A stretch of DNA of 64,000 bases from Sphingomonas sp. (GTDB lineage: Bacteria; Pseudomonadota; Alphaproteobacteria; Sphingomonadales; Sphingomonadaceae). The stretch is taken from positions 243 through 64,242 of the forward strand of contig NZ_JAPKNM010000096.1 in NCBI RefSeq assembly GCF_026460985.1. Reading direction: 5' to 3'. The notes under the pieces are model-generated. The model saw nothing but the letters and a program-made list of their open reading frames with translations, did no database searches and was not told the DNA's origin. The position numbers and the translations under genes were made by a program. Of this stretch, positions 47,993-57,007 are shown in pieces; positions within the stretch are counted from its first letter, which is position 1; every line of letters starts with the position of its first letter.

Positions 47993-49882
47993 ATGAAGCA
48001 AATTCGGTTCCTGCATCCAATTGCCCTGGCGCTCCTGCTCGCCATGGGCGCCTTGCCGGTGCGCGCCCAGACCGGGATGATCCAGCAGATCAATCCCGAT
48101 GCCGACCGCCTCGCGCAGGAGATGCGCGTGCTCGCGGCAGACCCGCGCAACGTGCGGGCGCTGCTCGAGGCGGGGGCGCTGAGCGCCCGGCTCGGCGATA
48201 CCGCCGCGTCGCTCGCCTTCTTCGCGCGCGCCGAGGCGATCGATCCGACCAACCCGCGCATCTTCGCCGGGCGCGGCGCGGCGCTGGTCCGGATGGAGCG
48301 GCCGGGCGAGGCGCTGCGGCTGTTCCAGACAGCGGAGGCGCGCGGACTGCTGGTGCGCGAATATGCCGCCGATCGCGGCCTTGCCTACGACCTGCTCGGC
48401 CAGCCGCTGCTCGCCCAGGCGGACTATAAGCTCGCGCTGCAGGCCGGGTACGAGGACGAGACGGTGCGCCGCTATGCGCTGTCGCTCGGCATCACCGGCA
48501 ATGTCGAGGAGGCGATGCGCCTGCTCGATCCCCTGCTCCGCAAGACCGATCGTGCGGCGTGGCGCGCGCGCGCCTTCGTCCTTGCGATGAATGGAGACGT
48601 CGCCGGCGCAGAGCGGATCGCGGGGAGCATGATGCCGGGCAACATGGGATCGTCGCTCGCGCCCTTCTTCCGGCGCCTCGCCAATCTCGGCCCCGCCGAC
48701 CGCGCCTTCGCGGTGCATTTCGGCCAGATCTCGCCCACTGCCGCGCGGCTGGCCGATGCGCGCCTGGCGCCGCCGCTCCCGCGCTATGTGCCGCCGGGCC
48801 GCCCGGTGCAGCTGGCGCAGGCGCAACCGCAGCCACAGCCAGCCCGCGCGCCGATCGTCGGGAACGCATCGAGGGAAGCGAGCCGGCAGCCACGCCGTGG
48901 CCAGGAGCGCGGCCTTCTTCCTGCTGCTCGAGTCACCGCGCCGGTGCAGACCGCCACGGCCGCGCCGTTGCCCGGGCCGCCGGTGGTGCCGCGGCAGGAG
49001 GCGCCGATAGTCCAGCCGCTGCCCGTGCCGCGCGCCGAGGAGATCGACGCGCCGGTGCGAGACGTCGCCGCCGTCCAGCCGGCGCAGCCCGAGACGCCGG
49101 CCGTTGGCCAAACCGAGCGGGCGACCGTCTCCGCGAACGATTCCGTTCCGAACAGCGCGCCGCAACCTGCGGCTTCGACCCCTGCGCCGGCCCCGGCGCC
49201 GACCGGTCTCGCCGCCACGCCGGAACGTCCTCCCGTCGAGGCGCTGCCCGCCAGCGCGCGTCCGGCGGCGGGTGGCCCGGAGGCGCCGGTAGCGGCGGCA
49301 CGATCCGAGCCGGCACCGCCGGGCCCAGCGCGCGTCGGCCAGGAGGATTCGGTGCTCGCGGCCATCGTCAGGGGGATCACTATCCCCGCCGAGGAGCTTC
49401 AGGTCGTGACCGCGGTGCCGATCGATCCGGTGCCCGAGCCGGTGCGCATCGCAGCCGCCGCGCCCGAGACTGCGCGCCCGGTGCCGAAGCCCGAGGCTGC
49501 CAAGCCGCCGCCTCCCAAGCCGGTGGCGAAGGCAAAGCCCGAGACTGCCAAGCCCGATCCCAAGGCGAAGAAGCCCGACCCCAAGGCCAAGGATCCCGCC
49601 AGGGCCGAGCCGGCGCGCGTCTGGGTGCAGGTCGCAGGCGGCGCGAACGTGGCGAGCCTGCCCAAGGCGTGGAAGGCGGTCGTCGCCAAGGCGCCCGCGG
49701 CGTTCCGCGGCAAATCGGGCTGGTGGACGCCGCTCCGCGCCACCAATCGCGTGCTGGCGGGGCCGTTCAAGACCGCGGCCGAGGCGCAGGCCTTCGTCAA
49801 CGCCCTCCGCAAGTCGGACGTGTCGGGATTCGTGTTCACCAGCGAGGCCGGCCAGAAGGTGACGAAACTGGCCGCCGACTGA
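47993..49882 (+). CDS. TPR-repeat / SPOR-domain protein
   Basis: Signal MKQIRFLHPIALALLLAMGALPVRAQ. N-terminal TPR-like repeats. About 300-aa Pro/Ala-rich linker. C-terminal SPOR domain (RVWVQVAGGAN...RVLAGPFKTAAEAQAFVNAL). Confidence 0.75.
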   Translation: MKQIRFLHPIALALLLAMGALPVRAQTGMIQQINPDADRLAQEMRVLAADPRNVRALLEAGALSARLGDTAASLAFFARAEAIDPTNPRIFAGRGAALVRMERPGEALRLFQTAEARGLLVREYAADRGLAYDLLGQPLLAQADYKLALQAGYEDETVRRYALSLGITGNVEEAMRLLDPLLRKTDRAAWRARAFVLAMNGDVAGAERIAGSMMPGNMGSSLAPFFRRLANLGPADRAFAVHFGQISPTAARLADARLAPPLPRYVPPGRPVQLAQAQPQPQPARAPIVGNASREASRQPRRGQERGLLPAARVTAPVQTATAAPLPGPPVVPRQEAPIVQPLPVPRAEEIDAPVRDVAAVQPAQPETPAVGQTERATVSANDSVPNSAPQPAASTPAPAPAPTGLAATPERPPVEALPASARPAAGGPEAPVAAARSEPAPPGPARVGQEDSVLAAIVRGITIPAEELQVVTAVPIDPVPEPVRIAAAAPETARPVPKPEAAKPPPPKPVAKAKPETAKPDPKAKKPDPKAKDPARAEPARVWVQVAGGANVASLPKAWKAVVAKAPAAFRGKSGWWTPLRATNRVLAGPFKTAAEAQAFVNALRKSDVSGFVFTSEAGQKVTKLAAD

Positions 49883-49894
49883 TCGCCCGACCCG

Positions 49895-51103
49895 TCAGCT
49901 TCCCGGCGTGCCCAGCGCCTTGCACAGGCCATCGGTCGCGAGTGCGATGCGTGACTCGGCGGTGGTGCGGTTCGAGCGATTGTTCTCCACTCCGCGGGTC
50001 TCTGTGTTGAAGGCGAGCAGGCTGCCCATGCGCTGATCGGGGCAGAGGCTCAGATAGGCGCGAAAGCCGTTCTGATCGCCGTTATGGCCGATGATGCGGA
50101 TTCCCTCATTCTGGTCGATGAAGAAGGATAGTCCGCTCCGGGTCGTCGCCGCCATCCGGCCCTGGGTGAAGTCCTCGCCCGCGGCGATCTGCGGCTGCCA
50201 CATCTCTTCGAGCGACGATCGCTTGAGGACAAGGTCATATTCGGCCCGGCGCTGCGGATCGCCGAGCAAGAAGGCCGCATATTTCGCCATGTCCGGCAGC
50301 GGCGCGTTGAGCCCGCCGTTCGACACCGTCACCCCGGTGTCGACGTCGAACGGAGCCGCGGTCCGCTTGCCATCGCGAATGTAATAACTGTGCGAACGAT
50401 GCGGGAGCAGATGCGGCGGCGTGCGGTCGAAATAGCTTGCGTGCATGCCGAGCGGCTTCAGGATGTTCTTGTCGACATAGACTTCGAAATCCTCACCGGA
50501 GAGCCGCTCGATCACCTGGCCGAGATAGACGATGCCGGGATTGGAGTAGCTGAACCGGGTTCCGGGCCGGAACTGGACCTCGGTATAGGGGAGCATCGCC
50601 GCCAGCTGCGACCAGCTCTTGGGCTCGAACGGCTGCCAGTCGCGGTCCCGCCAGCGCCAGGTCGCTCCGCCGAAGCCGGCGCTGTGGCTCATCAGCTGGC
50701 GCAGCGTGATCGCGCTCGTGTCGCCGAAGGGATTATGCACCGCGGCCAGCTCGGGCACGTAGCGGAGGATCGGATCGTCGAGCTTCAGCAAGCCGCGATC
50801 GCGCAGCTGCATGATGGCGATCCCCGTCATCGTCTTGGTGATCGACGCCCAATGGTAGATCGTCCGCGCGTCCACGGGCACGTTCGTACCCGCATCCTGC
50901 TGCCCGATATGGTCCGCCACAAGGGTGCGGCCGTCGCGCACGACGTAGAAGCTGCTCCCGACAATGCCCGCTCGCCGGATCTCGGCACGATGGAGTTCGC
51001 GAAAGCCGGCCAGCGCCTGCTCGAAGGCGCGCTCGTCCGCCCATGCCGGGCTGGCGACCTGCGACGATGCGAGCAGGAGCCAGGCAGCGAGGCGACGGGG
51101 CAT
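49895..51103 (-). CDS. serine hydrolase (beta-lactamase / PBP4*-like family)
   Basis: Signal MPRRLAAWLLLASSQVASPAWA. S-x-x-K motif in YHWASITKTMTG. Trimmed from the 520-aa ORF. Confidence 0.8.
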   Translation of the reverse strand: MPRRLAAWLLLASSQVASPAWADERAFEQALAGFRELHRAEIRRAGIVGSSFYVVRDGRTLVADHIGQQDAGTNVPVDARTIYHWASITKTMTGIAIMQLRDRGLLKLDDPILRYVPELAAVHNPFGDTSAITLRQLMSHSAGFGGATWRWRDRDWQPFEPKSWSQLAAMLPYTEVQFRPGTRFSYSNPGIVYLGQVIERLSGEDFEVYVDKNILKPLGMHASYFDRTPPHLLPHRSHSYYIRDGKRTAAPFDVDTGVTVSNGGLNAPLPDMAKYAAFLLGDPQRRAEYDLVLKRSSLEEMWQPQIAAGEDFTQGRMAATTRSGLSFFIDQNEGIRIIGHNGDQNGFRAYLSLCPDQRMGSLLAFNTETRGVENNRSNRTTAESRIALATDGLCKALGTPGS

Positions 51104-51194
51104 GGGGATCTTCCTTGTCTTGGGAAACGGTCGCCGATCTTGCGTGGCGTGGAAGCCTTCGACAAGCGCCGCCTGACTCGCTAGTGGGCTCCGC

Positions 51195-52361
51195 GTGAGA
51201 GCGATTTCCGCCTGGGCCTGCACACCGGAACAGAGCCGCGGCCGCCTCCACGAAGAACAAAGCGGGACTGTCCGCGGGCCGCGCGACGCCTTCCAGCGTG
51301 ATCGCGACCGGATCATCCATTCGATCAGCTTCCGGCGGCTGCGGCACAAGACCCAGGTCTTCATGGCGCCCGACGGCGACCATTTCCGCGTGCGGCTCAC
51401 CCATAGCCTCGAAGTCGCGCAGATCGGCCGGACGATCGCGCGCACGCTCGGGCTCAACGAGGACCTGACCGAGGCGCTCTGCCTGGCGCACGATATCGGC
51501 CATCCGCCCTTCGGCCATGCCGGCGAGGACGCGCTGGAGGCGGCGCTGGGCGGGAAGGGCGGGTTCGATCACAACGGCCACACCCTGCGCACGCTGACCG
51601 AGCTCGAGCGGCCCTATCCGGCGTGGTACGGGCTCAACCTGACCTGGGAGACGCTGGAGGGACTCGCCAAGCATAACGGTCCGATCGCCGGGCCCGAATG
51701 GGCGCTCGCCGCCGCGGATGCGCAATTCCCGCTCGAGTTGGAGCGCTGGCCCTCGCTCGAGGCGCAGGTCGCCGCGCTTGCCGACGACATTGCCTATGAC
51801 AATCACGACATCGACGACGGCCTGCGCGCCGGGCTGCTGAGCCTCGACCAACTGATGCAGGTGCCGATGATCGCCGAGGGGTGGCACGGGGTCGAGGCGA
51901 AGTTCCCCGGCGTGCCGGCGCGGCGGCTGGTGGGCGAGCTGATCCGTGCGCAGATCGGCGAGATGGTCAACGACCTGATCGCCACGACGCGCAGGCAGTT
52001 GGGCGAGACCGGGATCGAGACTGCGGAGGAGGTGCGGGCGGCGGGCCGCTGCCTCGTCACCTTCTCGGAGGAGATGCGCGAGGCGGAGCGCGGGCTCAAG
52101 CGCTTCATGTACGCCAATCTCTACCACCATCCGAACCAGCTCGCCGCGGCGGAGGCGGCGCATGGCGTGGTGGCGGGGCTGTTCGCGGCCTATGCCGCGG
52201 ATCCGGCGTTGATGCCGGCGGAGTGGCGGGAGGCCTTGCCGGCCGAGGAACCGTGGCGGAGCCGGCACATCGCCGACTTCATCGCGGGGATGACCGATCG
52301 CTATGCGATTGCGCGCTATCGCGAGGTCGTCGGCAGGATCGAGTTGCCCGACGGCTTCTGA
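51195..52361 (+). CDS. dGTP triphosphohydrolase-like HD-domain protein
   Basis: SRGR...[24 protein letters not shown]...[13 protein letters not shown]...[14 protein letters not shown]. Confidence 0.85.
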   Translation: MRAISAWACTPEQSRGRLHEEQSGTVRGPRDAFQRDRDRIIHSISFRRLRHKTQVFMAPDGDHFRVRLTHSLEVAQIGRTIARTLGLNEDLTEALCLAHDIGHPPFGHAGEDALEAALGGKGGFDHNGHTLRTLTELERPYPAWYGLNLTWETLEGLAKHNGPIAGPEWALAAADAQFPLELERWPSLEAQVAALADDIAYDNHDIDDGLRAGLLSLDQLMQVPMIAEGWHGVEAKFPGVPARRLVGELIRAQIGEMVNDLIATTRRQLGETGIETAEEVRAAGRCLVTFSEEMREAERGLKRFMYANLYHHPNQLAAAEAAHGVVAGLFAAYAADPALMPAEWREALPAEEPWRSRHIADFIAGMTDRYAIARYREVVGRIELPDGF

Positions 52362-52366
52362 GAGGA

Positions 52367-52394
52367 AAGGGCCTCCGCTTTCGCGAAGGCCCTT
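52367..52394. terminator. hairpin between convergent genes
   Basis: AAGGGCC-tccgctttcgcgaa-GGCCCTT 7-bp stem with inner partial pairing. Lies between the dGTPase-like stop (52361) and the minus-strand stop (52412). Confidence 0.45.
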
Positions 52395-52411
52395 CCAGAA
52401 TGCAGTTCGGT

Positions 52412-52684
52412 TCAGCGCTGCGCGAGCAGGATCGCCGCTTCGCGCTTCGGGGCGCGGAACGAGACGCGGGTGCCGCCGGCATAGCCGTTGACCCAGTCGC
52501 CCTTGACGACGAAGCGGAACTTGCCGCCCTTCGAAGCCGTGCCCTCGAGGACGACCGCATCGCCCTGGGTCTTGGAGGTATAGGCATAGGTGACGCCTTC
52601 GTGCGTGAAGACGCGCTCCTTGGCGGTGGCGGGAGCGGCAAAGGCGATTGCAGCGGCGGCGGTAGCGATAAGAAGCTTGGTCAC
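52412..52684 (-). CDS. small secreted hypothetical protein
   Basis: Signal MTKLLIATAAAAIAFAAPATA followed by a beta-rich mature part. Confidence 0.55.
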   Translation of the reverse strand: MTKLLIATAAAAIAFAAPATAKERVFTHEGVTYAYTSKTQGDAVVLEGTASKGGKFRFVVKGDWVNGYAGGTRVSFRAPKREAAILLAQR

Positions 52685-52904
52685 GATCTTTCTCCTTCAG
52701 ATTACTCGAAAGAGCCAGACCGGCATCCCTGTTACGTCTTGTTCTGTTCTCGAAACCAAAATGCTGCATCGCAACAAGGTCGGCAATCGCAAAGCACGTC
52801 CAGGGCGGTTGCAGTCCGTGCAAGAATCGCGGCGAACCGTGCGAGCGACAAACTTCTGCGACAAGCCGGGTGTATTTGTCGGACAGGCAGTCAGGGGTGA
52901 TCGC

Positions 52905-54386
52905 ATGGCCAGGGCAAGCATCGCGCTCAATCGGTTCGGCCTGGGTGGGCGCCCGGGGGACACGCCGGGCGCGGATCCGGCGCGCTGGGTGCTTGGGCAG
53001 CTCGATCGCTATGAGGCCAGGCCGGCGGCGATCGCCGCGCTGGCGCCGAGCAGCCGGATCGCCGGCGAGCTCACCGAATATCTGCGCGAGGTCCGCATGC
53101 TCCAGCGCGAGAAGCGCAGGAACGCCGCCCCGCAACCCGAGATGGAGACCGAGCCCGCGATGCGCGGCTCGGCGATGCAGTCCGAAGCCCAGGACAAGGC
53201 CGACGATCCCGTCGCGCAGGCGCGCCGCTTCGCGCGGCTGCAGGGACGCGACCATTATGCCGGCGCGGTCTCGGCGCGGGCGCTCGTCGCGCTCAACTCC
53301 CCGGCGCCGTTCGTCGAGCGGCTGGTGCATTTCTGGGCCAACCATTTCGCGGTGTCGGCGGACAAATTGACGATGGTCGGACTCGCCGGCAGCCTCGAGT
53401 TCGAGGCGGTGCGGCCGCACGTGCTCGGCAAGTTCGGCGACATGCTCCACGCGGTCGAGCGCCATCCAGCGATGCTGATCTATCTCGACCAGGCGCAGTC
53501 GGTGGGGCCGAACAGCCCCTTCGGCCAGGCAGGCGGGCGCCGCGGGCAGAAAGCGGGGCTCAACGAGAATCTCGCGCGCGAAATCTTCGAGCTGCACACG
53601 CTGGGCGTGCGCACCGGCTACAGCCAGGCCGACGTCACCGAATTCGCGCGGGCGATGACCGGGTGGACCGTCGCCGGGCTGGGGCGCGGACGCGGGCCTG
53701 CTTATGCCGGCGACGAGGGGCAGGTGGGGAGCTTCGTGTTCGCGCCGCGGCTGCACGAGCCCGGTACGCGGACGATCCTCGGCAGGAACTGGGCGCAGCA
53801 GGGCGAAGCGCAGGCCGCGTCGGTGCTCGACATGCTCGCGGCGCATCCCGCCACCGCGAAGCACATCGCCACCAAGCTCGCGCGGCATTTCGCGGGCGAC
53901 GAGCCGCCGTCGGCCTTGGTGGGCAGGCTCGAGATGGCGTTCCTGAAGTCGGGCGGCGACCTGCCGACGGTCTATCGCGCCCTGGTCGAGGCGCCCGAAT
54001 GCTGGGTGGCGCAGCCGGTCAAGTTCAAGTCCCCCTGGGAGTGGACGATCTCCGCACTGCGGGGCCTGGGCGCGCAGCAGCTGCCGCCGATGGCGATGAA
54101 CGGGCTGATGACCCAGCTCGGCCAGCCGGTGTGGAAACCGGGTTCGCCCGCCGGATGGGACGATGTCGCGGCGAGTTGGGCAGGACCTGACGCGGTGATG
54201 CGCCGGGTCGAGGCGGCCGAGCGGCTGGCGCAGCGCACCCGCGACACCGTCGACGCCCGCCAGCGCGCCGCCGAGCTGTTTCCCGATGCGCTGAGCGAGA
54301 GCACGACGCAGTCGATCGCGCGGGCCGAGAGCCCGGGGCAGGGCGTCGCGCTGATGCTCGTTGCCCCCGAATTCATGCGGAGATAG
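52905..54386 (+). CDS. DUF1800-family protein
   Basis: ALNRFGLGGRPGD...HFWANHFAVS...LNENLAREIFELHTLGV. Trimmed to ATG 52905. Confidence 0.75.
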   Translation: MARASIALNRFGLGGRPGDTPGADPARWVLGQLDRYEARPAAIAALAPSSRIAGELTEYLREVRMLQREKRRNAAPQPEMETEPAMRGSAMQSEAQDKADDPVAQARRFARLQGRDHYAGAVSARALVALNSPAPFVERLVHFWANHFAVSADKLTMVGLAGSLEFEAVRPHVLGKFGDMLHAVERHPAMLIYLDQAQSVGPNSPFGQAGGRRGQKAGLNENLAREIFELHTLGVRTGYSQADVTEFARAMTGWTVAGLGRGRGPAYAGDEGQVGSFVFAPRLHEPGTRTILGRNWAQQGEAQAASVLDMLAAHPATAKHIATKLARHFAGDEPPSALVGRLEMAFLKSGGDLPTVYRALVEAPECWVAQPVKFKSPWEWTISALRGLGAQQLPPMAMNGLMTQLGQPVWKPGSPAGWDDVAASWAGPDAVMRRVEAAERLAQRTRDTVDARQRAAELFPDALSESTTQSIARAESPGQGVALMLVAPEFMRR

Positions 54387-54389
54387 CAG

Positions 54390-55541
54390 ATGATCACGCG
54401 TCGCAACTTCGTCGCGCTCGGCGCCTCCGCGGTCCTGACCTCCGCCTTCGGGGCGCGGATGGCGCTTGCGAGGGCGGCCACCGAGCGCCGTTTCGTGTTC
54501 ATCATCCAGCGCGGCGCCGCCGACGGGCTGGGGACGCTCGCGCCGATCGGCGACCCCGCCTTTGCGGGGCAGCGCGGGGCGCTGGCGCAGGACTTCGCGA
54601 CTGCGCCCAAGCTCGATTCCATGTTCGCGCTGCACCCGGCGATGACCAACACGCTCGGGCTCTGGCAGGCCAAGCAGGCCCTGTTCGTCCATGCCGTCGC
54701 CTCGCCCTATCGCGAGCGCTCGCATTTCGACGGGCAGAACGTGCTCGAGACCGGCGGCAGCGCGGCCTATGCGCTCAAGGACGGCTGGCTCAACCGGCTG
54801 CTCTCGCTGCTTCCCGCCGACGACAAGGCGATCGCGCTCGCCGCTACGATCCCGATGGCGCTGCGCGGCGCGGTCGAGGTGGCGAGCTATGCGCCGTCGG
54901 CGCTGCCCGACGCGTCGGACGATCTGATCGCGCGCGTCTCGGCGATGTACCGCGACGATCCCCAGCTCCACGCGATCTGGGAGCAGGCGACGGCGACGCG
55001 GATGCTGACCAGCGATCTCGCCGCCGACAATGGCCGCAACGCTGCCGCTACCGGCGCGCTCGCGGCCAAGCTGCTCACGGCCGAGGGCGGCGCGCGGATC
55101 GCGATGATCGAGACCGGCGGCTGGGACACCCATGCCCAGCAGCGCGGCCGGCTGACCGGGCAGCTCAAGGGACTCGACGCGATGATCGGCGCGATCCGGC
55201 AGGGGCTGGGTCCGCTCTGGGCGGACACGATGGTGGTGGTGGCCACCGAATTCGGCCGCACGGTGAAGGTCAACGGCACGCAGGGGACCGATCACGGTAC
55301 TGGCTCGCTGGCGATGCTGATGGGCGGCGCGGTCAATGGCGGGCGCGTGGTCGCCGACTGGCCGGGACTGGGCGATGCGGCGCTGTACGAGGGACGGGAC
55401 CTGAAGCCGACCATGGGGCTCGACACGCTGATCAACAGCGCGGTCGCCTCGCATTTCGACCTGGTGCCGACGCGGTCGGCGGCGAAGCTCTTCCCCGACA
55501 TGAAGAGTGCGGGCGTGCTGAAGGATCTGGTGCGCGCCTGA
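54390..55541 (+). CDS. DUF1501-family protein with Tat signal
   Basis: MITRRNFVALGASAVL twin-arginine signal. GGWDTHAQQ and TEFGRT...GTDHG motifs. Confidence 0.8.
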   Translation: MITRRNFVALGASAVLTSAFGARMALARAATERRFVFIIQRGAADGLGTLAPIGDPAFAGQRGALAQDFATAPKLDSMFALHPAMTNTLGLWQAKQALFVHAVASPYRERSHFDGQNVLETGGSAAYALKDGWLNRLLSLLPADDKAIALAATIPMALRGAVEVASYAPSALPDASDDLIARVSAMYRDDPQLHAIWEQATATRMLTSDLAADNGRNAAATGALAAKLLTAEGGARIAMIETGGWDTHAQQRGRLTGQLKGLDAMIGAIRQGLGPLWADTMVVVATEFGRTVKVNGTQGTDHGTGSLAMLMGGAVNGGRVVADWPGLGDAALYEGRDLKPTMGLDTLINSAVASHFDLVPTRSAAKLFPDMKSAGVLKDLVRA

Positions 55542-55648
55542 GTCGTGTCGGCGAGGCGCGCTGCCTGATTGACTCCGCTTGACCCCAAAACGTGTTTTTG
55601 CGCGGAAGCGGCGAGTTCGCGCCCGGCAAGCGCCGTCGACGCGGCGGA

Positions 55649-55780
55649 GACGCGACACTTGCGCGTCGAAGGCGCACCATCGACGCCACACGGACGCTCC
55701 ACGTGCGCGGCGCCGACGCGACACCTGCGCGGCATCCACGCCGCAGCGACGCGGCACCTAAGCGCCAAGGGGGCGACACC
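55649..55780. repeat. four tandem 33-bp phased direct repeats (iteron-like)
   Basis: Units start at 55649, 55682, 55715 and 55748, each beginning GACGC[G/C][A/G]CAC. Units 1 and 3 share 16 of their first 17 nt. Partial extra cores at 55638 and 55774. Confidence 0.7.
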
Positions 55781-55851
55781 GGCGCGCCTGTGCCGGGGTC
55801 GGCTTGCGATCTGATGCGATCGGCGGGGGATTCGTCCTTTGGGCACGGTTC

Positions 55852-55866
55852 GAACGAAAGCAGAAC
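55852..55866. promoter_or_regulatory. second GAAC-N7-GAAC LexA-box-like site
   Basis: GAACGAAAGCAGAAC differs from the box at 22378 (GAACAATAGCAGAAC) at only 2 spacer positions. Intergenic, 256 nt upstream of the ATPase ATG. Confidence 0.45.
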
Positions 55867-56121
55867 AAATCCTACTTTTCCAGAGAATCCGCGATGTCGG
55901 CTTCCGCCCCAAGGTTGGACGCTCACGCGATCCTAGGAGAGGGCCGCCTGGAGGCTTGCTCGGACCGCGGCTCCGCTATAGCTTCCGGAACAGGCTTGGC
56001 CCGCGCCTCCCCCCTCCATTGGGGAAGTATCGCACATACGGGGTGACTAGGTTCATCGGACCATCTGTTCGAGCGTTCGCATAAGGAGGGGTTGCGTTTC
56101 CGGCTCGGAATGGAGGTTACG

Positions 56122-56829
56122 ATGCGCCTATCCGCACCGATCCATCAACTAAAGCGTCGGGCCAGATTGTTGGCGCGCAGCGAAAAAATTCCCCTGCATG
56201 AAGCGCAGGATCGGATCGCACGCGAGGAAGGCTTTGGCGCGTGGAGCGCGTTGTCGGCCCGTATGGCGGCGAGCTCGCCGGCATCCGCATTGCTGCCGAG
56301 GCTTGCCGAAGGCGATACGCTTCTGATCGGTGCTCGTCCGGGGCAAGGCAAAACCCTGATGGGCTTGCAGCTTTTGCTTGATGCTGCCCGTGACGGAAGA
56401 CGAGCGGTCTTCTTCACGCTGGAGTATACCGATCAGGAGGTGACGCAGCGCATCCAATCGCTCGGCAATCGGCCAGTCAAATACGCGCCCGAGATCGTGA
56501 CGTCGGGCGACATAAGCGCCGATTTCATGGTGCGATATCTCTCCGGCGCACCCCGAGGCACCGTGGCCGTCGTCGACTATCTGCAAATCCTGGATCAGCG
56601 GAGAAGCAAGCCGTCGCTTTCGGAGCAGATGCGGACGTTGCACAGCTTTGCTCGAGAGACTGGGATCATCCTTGGCTTCATTTCGCAGATCGACCGCGAT
56701 TTCGACTCCGAGCGCCGTCCTTTGCCTGGTCTCGATGACGTTCGGCTTCCCAATCCGATACCGGCAGGCGTGTTCTCGAAGACCTTTTTCCTGCATGCCG
56801 GCAAAACGCGGTTTCAGCATGTGGGCTAG
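56122..56829 (+). CDS. orphan DnaB-C-terminal-like (RecA-fold) ATPase with helical N-terminal extension
   Basis: GGAGG lies 5 nt before ATG 56122. Walker A GARPGQGKT, Walker B-like VAVVDYLQIL, then ...ILGFISQIDRDF. No DnaB N-terminal domain. Visibly lower GC than its neighbours. Confidence 0.7.
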   Translation: MRLSAPIHQLKRRARLLARSEKIPLHEAQDRIAREEGFGAWSALSARMAASSPASALLPRLAEGDTLLIGARPGQGKTLMGLQLLLDAARDGRRAVFFTLEYTDQEVTQRIQSLGNRPVKYAPEIVTSGDISADFMVRYLSGAPRGTVAVVDYLQILDQRRSKPSLSEQMRTLHSFARETGIILGFISQIDRDFDSERRPLPGLDDVRLPNPIPAGVFSKTFFLHAGKTRFQHVG

Positions 56830-57007
56830 CCGCTCCGGCGCGGCGGCTTGAATACGTAGCGGTCGCCCGAGCCGATGCATCGAAGCGCCGCTTTTCACCA
56901 ATAGCCGCCGCCCGCGACCCACGACCCCAATCCCCCGCCCGCGCGCCGATTGTCCCCGCGCGGCCCATCCGCTAAGGCGCCGGCTTCCGTTCACTGTTGG
57001 AACCGCG

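Noticed and set aside
50733-55757. 1674-aa minus-strand ORF, the longest in the track
   Set aside because: It is Arg/Pro/Gly/Ala-rich with no recognisable domain. It lies antisense to four well-supported plus-strand genes (dGTPase-like, DUF1800, DUF1501) and out of frame with the hydrolase gene. This is a typical shadow ORF of GC-rich DNA.
55894-56046. 50-codon ORF (MSASAPRLDAHAILGEG...) between the LexA-like box and the ATPase gene
   Set aside because: There is no convincing SD, the composition is unremarkable, and two other frames are equally open. I cannot distinguish it from noise without conservation data.
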